Shown: positions 28,753 to 38,043 of the stretch, one piece after another
How positions within the stretch are numbered: the first letter of the stretch is position 1
Layout of the letters: the number at the start of each line of letters is the position of its first letter
Assembly: GCA_048938005.1 (NCBI GenBank)
Contig: JBHLMQ010000013.1
Span: 1-64,000, forward strand
DNA: 64,000 nt
Reading direction: 5' to 3'
Origin: Promethearchaeota archaeon
GTDB lineage: Archaea; Asgardarchaeota; Lokiarchaeia; Sigyniarchaeales; SOKP01
Position numbers and translations under genes: made by a program
Notes under the pieces: generated by a model
Seen by the model: the letters and a program-made list of their open reading frames with translations, nothing else
Databases searched by the model: none
What the model was told of the DNA's origin: nothing

Positions 28753-29385
28753 TTATAGAAAAAATGGAAGACATGTATTGAAACCAAACAAAATTCCTCC
28801 TCCTACACCAGAAATCAGAAAGGCTAATGTTTTTCTTGGATTAATGATTAACCGATTATTATTAATGAGATACCATAAACTTAATAAAATATCTAATATC
28901 GAAATTAACGAACCAAACGAAAAAAAATAATAGATCGTTTTTTCGTAAGGAAACTGAGAAACGCTAATATCCATTATTCCATTCAAGTAAAAAGGATCAA
29001 TTTCACTAAAAGAAATAAAATTAAAGATTAATCTATCTGGTAAAGGATCTAAAATCCAAATTAAAAAATATGTGACATAATTAAATAGAATTCCAAAAGC
29101 TAAAACAATATAAGAACATCCTAGTATTAACCTTGGTTTTATAAATGGGTCTTCTTCGTTATTTTTACCAACTAATCTTGATTGTCTATAAACACCTCTT
29201 AATCGTAATAAAGTTAATATTCCAACAGATAAAATTATAAAAACAAAAATATATTTCATGTATTTACAGAAAATTAAAAAAAAATTATTAAAAGCTATAC
29301 ACCAGTTTTCTAATCCCCTAATTATGTCATTAAGTATATCATCTATAAATAAATTCTTTATATTGACTTGTCCAAAAATAACCAT
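28753..29385 (-). CDS. Hypothetical membrane protein
   Basis: About four TM segments. Confidence 0.7.
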   Translation of the reverse strand: MVIFGQVNIKNLFIDDILNDIIRGLENWCIAFNNFFLIFCKYMKYIFVFIILSVGILTLLRLRGVYRQSRLVGKNNEEDPFIKPRLILGCSYIVLAFGILFNYVTYFLIWILDPLPDRLIFNFISFSEIDPFYLNGIMDISVSQFPYEKTIYYFFSFGSLISILDILLSLWYLINNNRLIINPRKTLAFLISGVGGGILFGFNTCLPFFL

Positions 29386-29439
29386 AACACATTATTTTCT
29401 AATATTGCTTATTTAAACTCTACAAAAATCAATACAAAT

Positions 29440-29871
29440 CTAAGATATCTTTTCACATTCACTATTTATAACCTTCATGGTAATATTAAAATCTTGCCAC
29501 CAATCTTGCCCTTGTTGAGCTACTAACATTGGATCTCTCTTACGAGAGTCTAAGCACCTAATTTCTTCTTTCTGCGCTTTTATTTTTCCTTTCCATATTT
29601 GAGAAATTATATTTTGCAAATTAATTTTCACTTTTTTAATTAATTCTTCATATGGAACTGAAACGTCTTCGGTCTTCTGTAGTCTTTGAAGCTGGGTAAA
29701 CTTTACCCTTTCTTTCGCTCGATTTATATCACTACAACTAATTTTGATAGAAAAAGGTTCCTCTTTCCCCCATTTACAATATTTTTGAATATCACATAAA
29801 GAACAATAACTTTCAAAACTAATTATATAATCCTCAAGGCCAATAATAGAATAATTCAGAGTTTTGGGCAT
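29440..29871 (-). CDS. Hypothetical protein with Cys cluster
   Basis: CSLCDIQKYC...C motif; otherwise helical. Confidence 0.7.
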   Translation of the reverse strand: MPKTLNYSIIGLEDYIISFESYCSLCDIQKYCKWGKEEPFSIKISCSDINRAKERVKFTQLQRLQKTEDVSVPYEELIKKVKINLQNIISQIWKGKIKAQKEEIRCLDSRKRDPMLVAQQGQDWWQDFNITMKVINSECEKIS

Positions 29872-30020
29872 TTTTTTACCTTTGTTAATTAATTATAAAA
29901 TGTACCCTTTAATCTATTATATTTTAGGTCAAAAAATTTTTTAAATACTATATATTAAATTTATTCGTTAATTAACGTTTTTTAAAATAAATAAGTTAAT
30001 TTTATTAAAATTCCCGTTAA

Positions 30021-30094
30021 GGGAGAGTGGCTTAGCCTGGTATAGCGCACGGCTGATAACCGTGAGGTCGGGGGTTCGAAGCCCCCCTTTCCCA
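30021..30094 (+). tRNA. tRNA-Ile(GAT)
   Basis: GGGAGAG/CTTTCCC acceptor, CACGG-CTGATAA-CCGTG anticodon arm, GGGGG-TTCGAAG-CCCCC T arm. Confidence 0.96.
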
Positions 30095-30148
30095 TTATTT
30101 TTCATATGAATTAATTTCAATTACATTCATTCAATTTTTTAATTATTA

Positions 30149-30763
30149 TTGTATATTATAAATTTAGAAATGAAGAATTTAATAATCTCCGGAACACCAG
30201 GGTGTGGAAAGACATCAGTATCAAAAGAAATATCTAATTCAACGGGAGCTAAAATTATATCTTTGAATGAATTGGCAATTTCTGATGAATTTTCGTTTGA
30301 ATATGACGAAGATAGAAAAACATACATTGTAGATCTTGATATATTTCTTCCTTATATCTTAAAAAAAATTAATGAGATCAAAAAAAATGATCCTCCTTTT
30401 CTAATAATAGAAAGTCATTTTTCTGATATTATTCCAGAAAAATTTATTGATTATGCATTTATTTTAAGGTGTGATCCGGATGAATTAGTTAAAAGATTGG
30501 AAAAAAAAAGATATACTTCAAAAAAAGTTGCTGAAAATATTCAAGCAGAAATTTTGGGTAATTGTGTAAACCATTTTATTCAAAAACGAACAAAGGTACC
30601 TCTTTTTGAAATTGACACCACAAATCTTAGTATTAAATCAGTAGCAAGAATTATTTTAGATATTGTAGTTGAAAATAAAAATGGATATGAGTATTTTATA
30701 GGTAAAATCGATTGGTTAGAAAAATTATTCCAAGAAAACCGATTAAATGAATTTTTTGATTAA
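30149..30763 (+). CDS. Adenylate kinase AK6/Fap7 family (likely start ATG 30170)
   Basis: ISGTPGCGKT, IIESH, LRCDP..L.KRLEKKRY, ENIQAEI. Confidence 0.9.
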   Translation: MYIINLEMKNLIISGTPGCGKTSVSKEISNSTGAKIISLNELAISDEFSFEYDEDRKTYIVDLDIFLPYILKKINEIKKNDPPFLIIESHFSDIIPEKFIDYAFILRCDPDELVKRLEKKRYTSKKVAENIQAEILGNCVNHFIQKRTKVPLFEIDTTNLSIKSVARIILDIVVENKNGYEYFIGKIDWLEKLFQENRLNEFFD

Positions 30764-30781
30764 AAATCAAAATTAACCAAA

Positions 30782-32443
30782 GTGGAAAATTTGAACTGGG
30801 AGATATCTGATATTGATGCTCTAGGAAGAATTGGAAAATTAATTGTAAATAGAAAACAGTTAATTACTCCAAACTTATTTCCTGTGGTTCATCCTTTTAA
30901 AAAACTAATTTTAGCTCCAGATTTGAAGAAAATAGGTGTACAAGGTGTTTTTACAAATGCTTATATTATCTATCAGAATCCTCGGATACGAGATGATATT
31001 ATAAGAAAAGGCTTGCATTCACATTTGAATTTTGATGGCATAATCGCAACTGATAGTGGAGCGTTTCAAAAATATATGTATAGAAAACATAATTTAGAAA
31101 TTAAAGCAGAAGATATTGAAAAATTCCAAGAGGACATTGGTACAGATTTTGCCGTAATTTTAGATGACCCTGTCCAGCCAGATGATGATTATGATATAGC
31201 CAAGAATAAGGTTGATATAACAATTGAGAGAGCTAAAGACAATGTTATTCGTAGAAAAAAGGACACATGTTTTTGGTTTGGTCCAATCCATGGAGCAAAA
31301 TTCGATGACTTATTAAAAAGAAGTACTTTTGAGATGAATAAATTAGACTTTGCAATTTATGCAGTTGGTGGTTTAGTTAAATTACTACTAAATTATAGGT
31401 TTGACTTAGTAATTAGGATACTTCTAAATGTAAAAAAGAATATTTTATGGAATAAACCCCTTCATATTTTTGGATTGGGATTACCACAATTCTTTTCCTT
31501 GGCTGTGGCATGTGGATGTGACATGATGGATTCAGCAGCATATGTTTTATTTGCAAAGGAAAATAGATATTTCACATTGTCTACAGGCACAAGGAAATTA
31601 GAAGATTTAGAAGAATTTCCATGTAATTGCCCTATATGCTGTAAATACAAACCCAAAGAAGTATTAAATCTCGACAAGAAATTAAGAACTGAACTTTTAG
31701 CCAAACATAATTTATATATTTCTTTTTCTGAATTAAGAACAATACGTCAAGCGATTAAAGAGGGTAATTTATGGGAGCTTGTTGAACAACGGATTCGAAA
31801 TCATCCCGGTTTAGTAAAAGCTTCAAAATTAATTAAATTATATCTACCATTATTTGAGAGTCAGGAGAAATTGTATAAAATGCATGGTAGATTATATTCC
31901 TCTCCAGAGAGCATACAGAGACCTCTCTTATATCGTTATGAATTAAAACTAAAAAACAACTATCGAGTTCCAGAAGATGCGAAATTTTTAGTAATTCTAC
32001 CTGAATTAGATGTAAAGGGAGATCAATCACCAAGTATTAAGAAATGGCTGGAACAATTAGATACTAATTCATTAATTCCTAGAAAGTTTCTCCATATTAC
32101 TTTTTTTTCCGATTTTTATGGGATTATCCCACTAGAATTAAGCTCCTCATTTCCTATGGGTCAATATGAAGCAATAATGCCCATATATGAAAATGATTTA
32201 ATTTATTATAACTTGGTCCAAAAAACAGAATTATTCTTTAATCTCTACTCTAAGTATTATTCTAAATGTGGAATATTAATCCCTGATAACTTTATAAATC
32301 AATTCAATGAAATTGTGGAGTTCCCTAAAAAAAATATTATGAAAAATCTAACTAAAGCGTTAAATTCTAATTATAAATTGGAGATTGCTTCTTGCATTGA
32401 TATAATCACTCTTATTAAATATTTAAAAAGTGATGAAAAATAA
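30782..32443 (+). CDS. tgtA: Archaeosine tRNA-guanine(15) transglycosylase
   Basis: GRIGKL, TNAYII, TDSGAFQ, PLHIFGLG, DMMDSA, CNCPIC...HN, LWELVEQR. Confidence 0.95.
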   Translation: MENLNWEISDIDALGRIGKLIVNRKQLITPNLFPVVHPFKKLILAPDLKKIGVQGVFTNAYIIYQNPRIRDDIIRKGLHSHLNFDGIIATDSGAFQKYMYRKHNLEIKAEDIEKFQEDIGTDFAVILDDPVQPDDDYDIAKNKVDITIERAKDNVIRRKKDTCFWFGPIHGAKFDDLLKRSTFEMNKLDFAIYAVGGLVKLLLNYRFDLVIRILLNVKKNILWNKPLHIFGLGLPQFFSLAVACGCDMMDSAAYVLFAKENRYFTLSTGTRKLEDLEEFPCNCPICCKYKPKEVLNLDKKLRTELLAKHNLYISFSELRTIRQAIKEGNLWELVEQRIRNHPGLVKASKLIKLYLPLFESQEKLYKMHGRLYSSPESIQRPLLYRYELKLKNNYRVPEDAKFLVILPELDVKGDQSPSIKKWLEQLDTNSLIPRKFLHITFFSDFYGIIPLELSSSFPMGQYEAIMPIYENDLIYYNLVQKTELFFNLYSKYYSKCGILIPDNFINQFNEIVEFPKKNIMKNLTKALNSNYKLEIASCIDIITLIKYLKSDEK

Positions 32444-32874
32444 CTGTTTTAGACAAAATTTACGCTTATGGGCATGAAAATATTTTTGGTATTCATAGCA
32501 CAACTATAGAAGTTACTAAGGACAAAAATTTAACAAAGAAAGGTAATTGCATAATAGGGGTTAACGCTACAAAAGCTTGTTTTGATTTAAGCCCCAAATT
32601 AAAAAAAAATATTAAAAATGGAAATAAGATAAAAATTACGTTAAAAATTGATGATCTTCAGGATTCTTTTTATGGTTTTGGAAGTAAAGAGTTAAAATTA
32701 TTAGATAAGGATGATATTGTCTTTCGAAAAAGTAATTATATTTGTGATAGAACTATTTTGATAAACTGTACTAAAACATCAAGCGAATTAAGTCGTGAAT
32801 TAATTGAAAAATTAAAAAACCCTAGAAATAAATTATCAATCATATTTGAATTAAATGAGATAAATGGAAAATAA
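32440..32874 (+). CDS. DUF371 family protein (144 aa; not in ORF track; apparent ATA start)
   Basis: Translated by hand: ITVLDKIYAYGHENIFGIHSTTIEVTKDKNLTKKGNCIIGVNA...DIVFRKSNYICDRTILIN...INGK*. Confidence 0.85.
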   Translation: MTVLDKIYAYGHENIFGIHSTTIEVTKDKNLTKKGNCIIGVNATKACFDLSPKLKKNIKNGNKIKITLKIDDLQDSFYGFGSKELKLLDKDDIVFRKSNYICDRTILINCTKTSSELSRELIEKLKNPRNKLSIIFELNEINGK

Positions 32875-34018
32875 TAATAAACCAGAAGTTCATTATGTCA
32901 AACTGAAAAATAACGATGTTCAGAATTTTATTGATCTTATAAAAAACAATCTTAATTCAACCCCATTTATTAACCATAAATTTAAAATTTTGCATGAAAA
33001 TGATTATGTATTATTTCCAATTATTAAAAACCAAGTTCTCCGTGACAGAGTAATTAAAATAATAAATAAACAAATTAATCTTGAATTTATTTCCAAAAAA
33101 GGTCAAATGAATGAATATTATAAATATAAGACTCTTCAAGAAGCGTTAGAAGGTAAATTACCAGATAAATATTTAAATATAATCCCAAAATCTTATGATA
33201 TTATTGGACATATTGTAGTTATTGAGTTTGATAAGTTTAATCATATAAATGATAAAGACTTTAAAAATTATAAGGAAGAGGTTGCTAAAGCGATATTATT
33301 CGTGAATAAAAATGTTAAGACTGTTTATGAGAAAAAAAGTCAAATAAAGGGAAAATATCGCTTAAGAAAACTAGCCCTTTTATATGGTGAAGATAAATCT
33401 GAAACAATTCATAAAGAAAATGGCTGTAATTTTAAATTAGATATTAAGAAAACCTATTTTTCTCCAAGGTTGGTTTTTGAACGACGTAGAATTGCTTCAA
33501 GTGAGATAAAGGAGAATGCTTTAATCGTTGATATGTTTGCAGGAGTGGGTACATTTGCTATACAGATTGCAAAAAATAGAAATGTGAAAATATATGCTTT
33601 TGATTTTAACCCTGATGCTTATAAATACCTAAAAGAAAATATTATTATAAATAAACTAAAAGGAGAAATAATCCCATATAAAATTGATGTCAAGGATCTC
33701 CTTAAACCTGCCAACCGAATAGGTCAATCATTATTACATAAAATAGATAGAATAATTATGAACTTACCCGAGAATTCGATTGAGTTTATTAGGGAAGCTT
33801 GTTTTTTAATGAAAAAATCTGGTGGTGTACTACATTTCTATCAATTTTCAGAAAAACCAAAGCCAATTGAGAAAACTTTAAAGATTCTCGAAGAAAATTT
33901 ATCGAATTTAAATTGGGAAATTGAAAATGTAATTAATTCCAAAAAAGTTAAGCATTACTCACCCAGATCTGATTTAATTGTCGTAGATTTAAAAATAAAA
34001 TCTTTAAACCGATCTTAA
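32864..34018 (+). CDS. trm5: Trm5/Taw2-family tRNA methyltransferase
   Basis: SYDIIGHI, HKENG, YFSPRL..ERRRI, DMFAGVG, DRIIMNLP. Confidence 0.88.
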   Translation: MENNNKPEVHYVKLKNNDVQNFIDLIKNNLNSTPFINHKFKILHENDYVLFPIIKNQVLRDRVIKIINKQINLEFISKKGQMNEYYKYKTLQEALEGKLPDKYLNIIPKSYDIIGHIVVIEFDKFNHINDKDFKNYKEEVAKAILFVNKNVKTVYEKKSQIKGKYRLRKLALLYGEDKSETIHKENGCNFKLDIKKTYFSPRLVFERRRIASSEIKENALIVDMFAGVGTFAIQIAKNRNVKIYAFDFNPDAYKYLKENIIINKLKGEIIPYKIDVKDLLKPANRIGQSLLHKIDRIIMNLPENSIEFIREACFLMKKSGGVLHFYQFSEKPKPIEKTLKILEENLSNLNWEIENVINSKKVKHYSPRSDLIVVDLKIKSLNRS

Positions 34019-34095
34019 AATGCAGATAACATAGAAAATATATGGATTAAAATATAAGATATATAAATTGCTAGTTTAATGTTTAGGAACAATAG

Positions 34096-34170
34096 CGGAC
34101 CTAGCAGGATTCGAACCTGCGACTTTCGGATTAGAAGTCCGACGCCCTATCCAGGCTAGGCTATAGGTCC
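34096..34170 (-). tRNA. tRNA-Arg(TCT)
   Basis: Reverse complement: GGACCTA...TCGGA-CTTCTAA-TCCGA...GCAGG-TTCGAAT-CCTGC-TAGGTCC-G. Confidence 0.96.
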
Positions 34171-34455
34171 TCTATTTATCTATAAAATGTCTTATATTAA
34201 ATAAAATATCATATATGATGTTTAAATTTTATTATGATTTTTAAGTGTATTTCACATATGAGATAACTATAAATAAAAAGGATTTTACAATAACTCCCTG
34301 AATTTAATTTCTATCGGATATTTTGAGTTAAAGGGTCTTAATAAATTAATAAATTGTTAACATATTCTTTTTAATAAATAAAATTCTTTAATAAAATTTA
34401 AGACTTATATTTATTATATTATCTAGATTTGGTAAATTAAAAGAGAGTATTAATT

Positions 34456-35178
34456 TTGCTTAGGAAAAAGAATTTTCTTCATCAAAATATTCCATATTCC
34501 TTTATCTGGAATAAAATACACCATAAAGCAAAATACTCTCAATTAACTGCTAACCAAAACGAGTTAAATAAACTTAAGGAACATTTTAAAAAAGTTTGTG
34601 ATGGATTAATTCCTAATAATTTATTTAATTCAAAAGCATTTCCACGGGCATCTCAGTTTAAAATTAAAGGTATGAAATCCGCTTTTATAAGAAGTTTTAG
34701 CAAAAGTTTGATTAGATCAGGTAAGGTTCGATATCATGATTCTAATTCGAAATTGCCGAAGTATGTTCAAAAAGTTTTTGATAACTATCGGGTGAATAAT
34801 TTTACAATTACTCCTGGGCATGAACCAATTTTGAAGAATATTTTAATTAAAGATAAAGATGCTATTGCAATAGAAGTTCCGATTTGGAATGAAGAAAAGA
34901 ATAGAGTTATTACTGGTCATATTGATTTGATTCAAATTGAAAATGAAGTAGTAAAAGTAATTGATTATAAACCTGAAGGAAACTTTTTACTTTCTCTACC
35001 ACAAGTTGCTATGTATGGATTTTTAATTAAATCTAAATTAAATATTAAAAAATTGAGATGTATTTCATTTAATCACCAAGGTGCTTGGGAATATGATCCA
35101 AATATATTACAAACAGACATTAAAGAATATTTAATCTCCCTTCGAATTAATGAAAGACCTTGGGAAACTTTTCTTTGA
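34456..35178 (+). CDS. PD-(D/E)XK (RecB-like) nuclease family protein
   Basis: IAIEVPI...TGHIDLI...VIDYKP...QVAMYG. Confidence 0.8.
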   Translation: MLRKKNFLHQNIPYSFIWNKIHHKAKYSQLTANQNELNKLKEHFKKVCDGLIPNNLFNSKAFPRASQFKIKGMKSAFIRSFSKSLIRSGKVRYHDSNSKLPKYVQKVFDNYRVNNFTITPGHEPILKNILIKDKDAIAIEVPIWNEEKNRVITGHIDLIQIENEVVKVIDYKPEGNFLLSLPQVAMYGFLIKSKLNIKKLRCISFNHQGAWEYDPNILQTDIKEYLISLRINERPWETFL

Positions 35179-35190
35179 AGTTATGGGTAA

Positions 35191-35466
35191 TTAGAGGTTC
35201 TTTCCTTTAGGTTTTGAAGGTTCAGTTTTTTCCTCTGATTTTAAATATCCACGAAATAAGAAATAACATAAAAATAATGAAATAAATTCGGTAATAATAC
35301 CAAAAAATGTAATTATTGTACCATTATATCCTAAATATCGGAGTAGTAAAGCGCATGCTAAACCGGCGGACGCTAAAATTACAAAAATTATACCTTTTAT
35401 TATTTCAAAAAAAGAATCTTTTATATACACAAGTTCTTTTTTAATCCATGAGAATATCGAAGCCAT
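35191..35466 (-). CDS. Small two-TM membrane protein
   Basis: Two hydrophobic helices and a basic tail. Confidence 0.65.
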   Translation of the reverse strand: MASIFSWIKKELVYIKDSFFEIIKGIIFVILASAGLACALLLRYLGYNGTIITFFGIITEFISLFLCYFLFRGYLKSEEKTEPSKPKGKNL

Positions 35467-35628
35467 AAGAATATATTCCTTGTTTTCTGATTAGCTTTTA
35501 ATTAAATTAAATAAAGATTATTTTAATATCTTTATTATTTCTAAGAAATAATTTAAAAACAAGTTATTCAAAAAAAAGATTATTATATCTTTTATATAAT
35601 ACATAGCGGCAAAAAATTCTAATCAATA

Positions 35629-38043
35629 TTAAAAAGATCTCTTTTTATTTTTAAATTTAGTATATAATGCTTTATCTAATAGACTTCCTATTTTCACAGC
35701 AATTTGATTCCCAATTTCATACCTTTCTCCATCAAGTAGATTTCTTTTTTCCTCAGGAGTAGGGATTTTACCTAGTCTTTTCATTAAGATTTTTTCAATA
35801 ATATCATTTACAATATTTTTAGTTTTCTCGTAATTAGGTAATTTAATATCTGAAGTGAAGTTTTTAATTTTTTCAATGGCGAAATTAAAAAATTGGCAGA
35901 TTAAATCTATAGGATCCCCTCTTCTTTCACTGTGAAGTTTGATATTATCTGTTGCTATTTTTGTGTCTTTTTCTTGCCAATATAACTGATTTGGGTTAAT
36001 CCCAGGACTATTAATTCGCATAAGTGAACTTGTGATTCTACGTTCAATCCAATTTAAAGTACTTAATTCTTGTTCTTCTCGAATTTTTTTTGCTTTTTCT
36101 TCTTTTTCTTTTTCTTTCGATTCTATTATTTGTTCTACTTCTAACTTACGTGTTTGTTCAGATTTTTCAAATCTTTTAATAATATCATAACCAATAGAAT
36201 ATGAAATGGGAGAAATTAAATCCACTTTCAAGTTTAATGGAGCAATATCCTCGTATATTGGGCTTTCTTTATTTTTTAATTCTGAAATAGCCGTTTTTAA
36301 AGAGATCTCCATCAATCGGCTTAAAATGAATCCATTAACTTGAAATGGCTGATTATCAGCATTAAGTACAATAACTAATTCTTCTTGTCTTTTATTTAAC
36401 CGTTGAATAATTAATTCTTCAAGTTTAATTTTAACCCATTCCTCCGAGTCAGTCGTTCCATAGATTTTTTTTAAAGCTAAAAGAATAAGTGATCTATCAT
36501 TAGAAACCTTAAAATACAACTCTATTATTCTACTAAGCTGCCTTAAAATCTTGGATAATATATAAAAGAAAATATCTTTTGCTAATTGATTAATAATGTC
36601 CTCGAAATCCAAAATAAATAATATATGAGAATAATTTATTAACTTTAACTCATTTAAAAAGACCTTATCGATAACTTGCTTTTTTCCAATATACTCTCTT
36701 AACTCATTAATACTTGTTCCCATTTTTTCTTCTAAAACTCTTAATAAATCTGGATATTTATTAAGATCTTTGTTTATTATGTTTAATAATTCAAATTCAG
36801 AGACTTTATCGGACATTTCTGAGATTTCCCTGATATATTGAAAATCTAATTGGGAAATCGCCTTTTTTGCTAAATAGAATAAATTTTGTTTATCGTCATT
36901 TAAAGATACAATATCTAGTCTTTTTATATTATATCTAACCATGCTACTTTTTACTTTATCAGATAATTCCTCATCAATATTTAAGAAATATAAAACATTG
37001 TAAACACCATATTTATTTAAAACATAAATGATATCGTCAAAACTACATTCATTTAAACATTCTAAGAAATAGATAAAATCATTCGGATTCTCTTTTAATT
37101 TTTTAATTAATACGAATTTTAAAAAGCTTAATACTTTTTTTTCGAATTGATCATAATTTATTTTCTCCTTAAGACCATCTTCAATTTTTTTTATTAAATC
37201 TTTCTTTAAATTATTTGCGGCTATAAAAGTATTCAATCCAGGTATTGAAATAGGAAACCGGTCAAAATTGAAATCTAAAATTTTCCTTTTTATCATTCTA
37301 ACTGGCATTGCTTCAATTTGTAGTTCCTTATAAGATTTAAACTCGAAATCCTTTTTAGTTTTCTTTATTAATCGATTTAATGTTGCTAATTCTATGAATT
37401 TATCTTCCTTCTCTTCCAACTCTAATTTTTTCTCCAATTTAACAGATATATCTTTAAAAGCCGCGCTTTTTTCTAAAATTTCTTTTTTAACTTCATTGGT
37501 TAGTCCTATTAAATCACCTATTAAATCGTAAAAATAAAAAGGCGGATAATTTAATATAATTTCTCTTAATTCTTGCTCAATTTGAATTTCAATATCTTTT
37601 ATCATCTTCTCTTTTTGAATTTCTTGAAGTTCAGGTTTTCTTTCTTCAATTAACAACGAAATAAATTTGTTTTCTAAATCGATCAATTTATTGAGAAGAT
37701 TAACTTCTAAAAATAATGAGTTTTTTAATAGGGAACTAACCTCTTCAAAAATAATCTTTTTTTCTGTGAGTTCTAAATTCTTGGTAGAATCGTAAGTAAA
37801 TTTATCTAAATCAAAAGTCTTTTGAACCCTGATTCCTATATTATGATATATATGAACAGTTGCTGTGGCAATTAATAAATCATTAAAGCTAGTTTTCTGG
37901 CTAATAAGTTCAAAGATTTTATTCTTATCAGCTTCCCTTTTAAAATGGGAAATTATTAAATCAACTGTTTGAAAGAATCTAAACGTACTTTCAACTGCAG
38001 TTGTTTTTCTCTTAACTCCGCTAATCATAATTCCTTCACCCAT
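35629..38043 (-). CDS. Large helical hypothetical protein
   Basis: 804 aa with coiled-coil stretches; overlaps the upstream gene. Confidence 0.75.
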   Translation of the reverse strand: MGEGIMISGVKRKTTAVESTFRFFQTVDLIISHFKREADKNKIFELISQKTSFNDLLIATATVHIYHNIGIRVQKTFDLDKFTYDSTKNLELTEKKIIFEEVSSLLKNSLFLEVNLLNKLIDLENKFISLLIEERKPELQEIQKEKMIKDIEIQIEQELREIILNYPPFYFYDLIGDLIGLTNEVKKEILEKSAAFKDISVKLEKKLELEEKEDKFIELATLNRLIKKTKKDFEFKSYKELQIEAMPVRMIKRKILDFNFDRFPISIPGLNTFIAANNLKKDLIKKIEDGLKEKINYDQFEKKVLSFLKFVLIKKLKENPNDFIYFLECLNECSFDDIIYVLNKYGVYNVLYFLNIDEELSDKVKSSMVRYNIKRLDIVSLNDDKQNLFYLAKKAISQLDFQYIREISEMSDKVSEFELLNIINKDLNKYPDLLRVLEEKMGTSINELREYIGKKQVIDKVFLNELKLINYSHILFILDFEDIINQLAKDIFFYILSKILRQLSRIIELYFKVSNDRSLILLALKKIYGTTDSEEWVKIKLEELIIQRLNKRQEELVIVLNADNQPFQVNGFILSRLMEISLKTAISELKNKESPIYEDIAPLNLKVDLISPISYSIGYDIIKRFEKSEQTRKLEVEQIIESKEKEKEEKAKKIREEQELSTLNWIERRITSSLMRINSPGINPNQLYWQEKDTKIATDNIKLHSERRGDPIDLICQFFNFAIEKIKNFTSDIKLPNYEKTKNIVNDIIEKILMKRLGKIPTPEEKRNLLDGERYEIGNQIAVKIGSLLDKALYTKFKNKKRSF

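Noticed and set aside
34255-34302. Second C/D-like sRNA (ATGAGA...CTGA)
   Set aside because: No internal C'/D' K-turn and no recognisable rRNA/tRNA target.
34096-35178. Integrated element at tRNA-Arg carrying the nuclease
   Set aside because: Nuclease lies on the tRNA 5' side; no integrase or att duplication seen.
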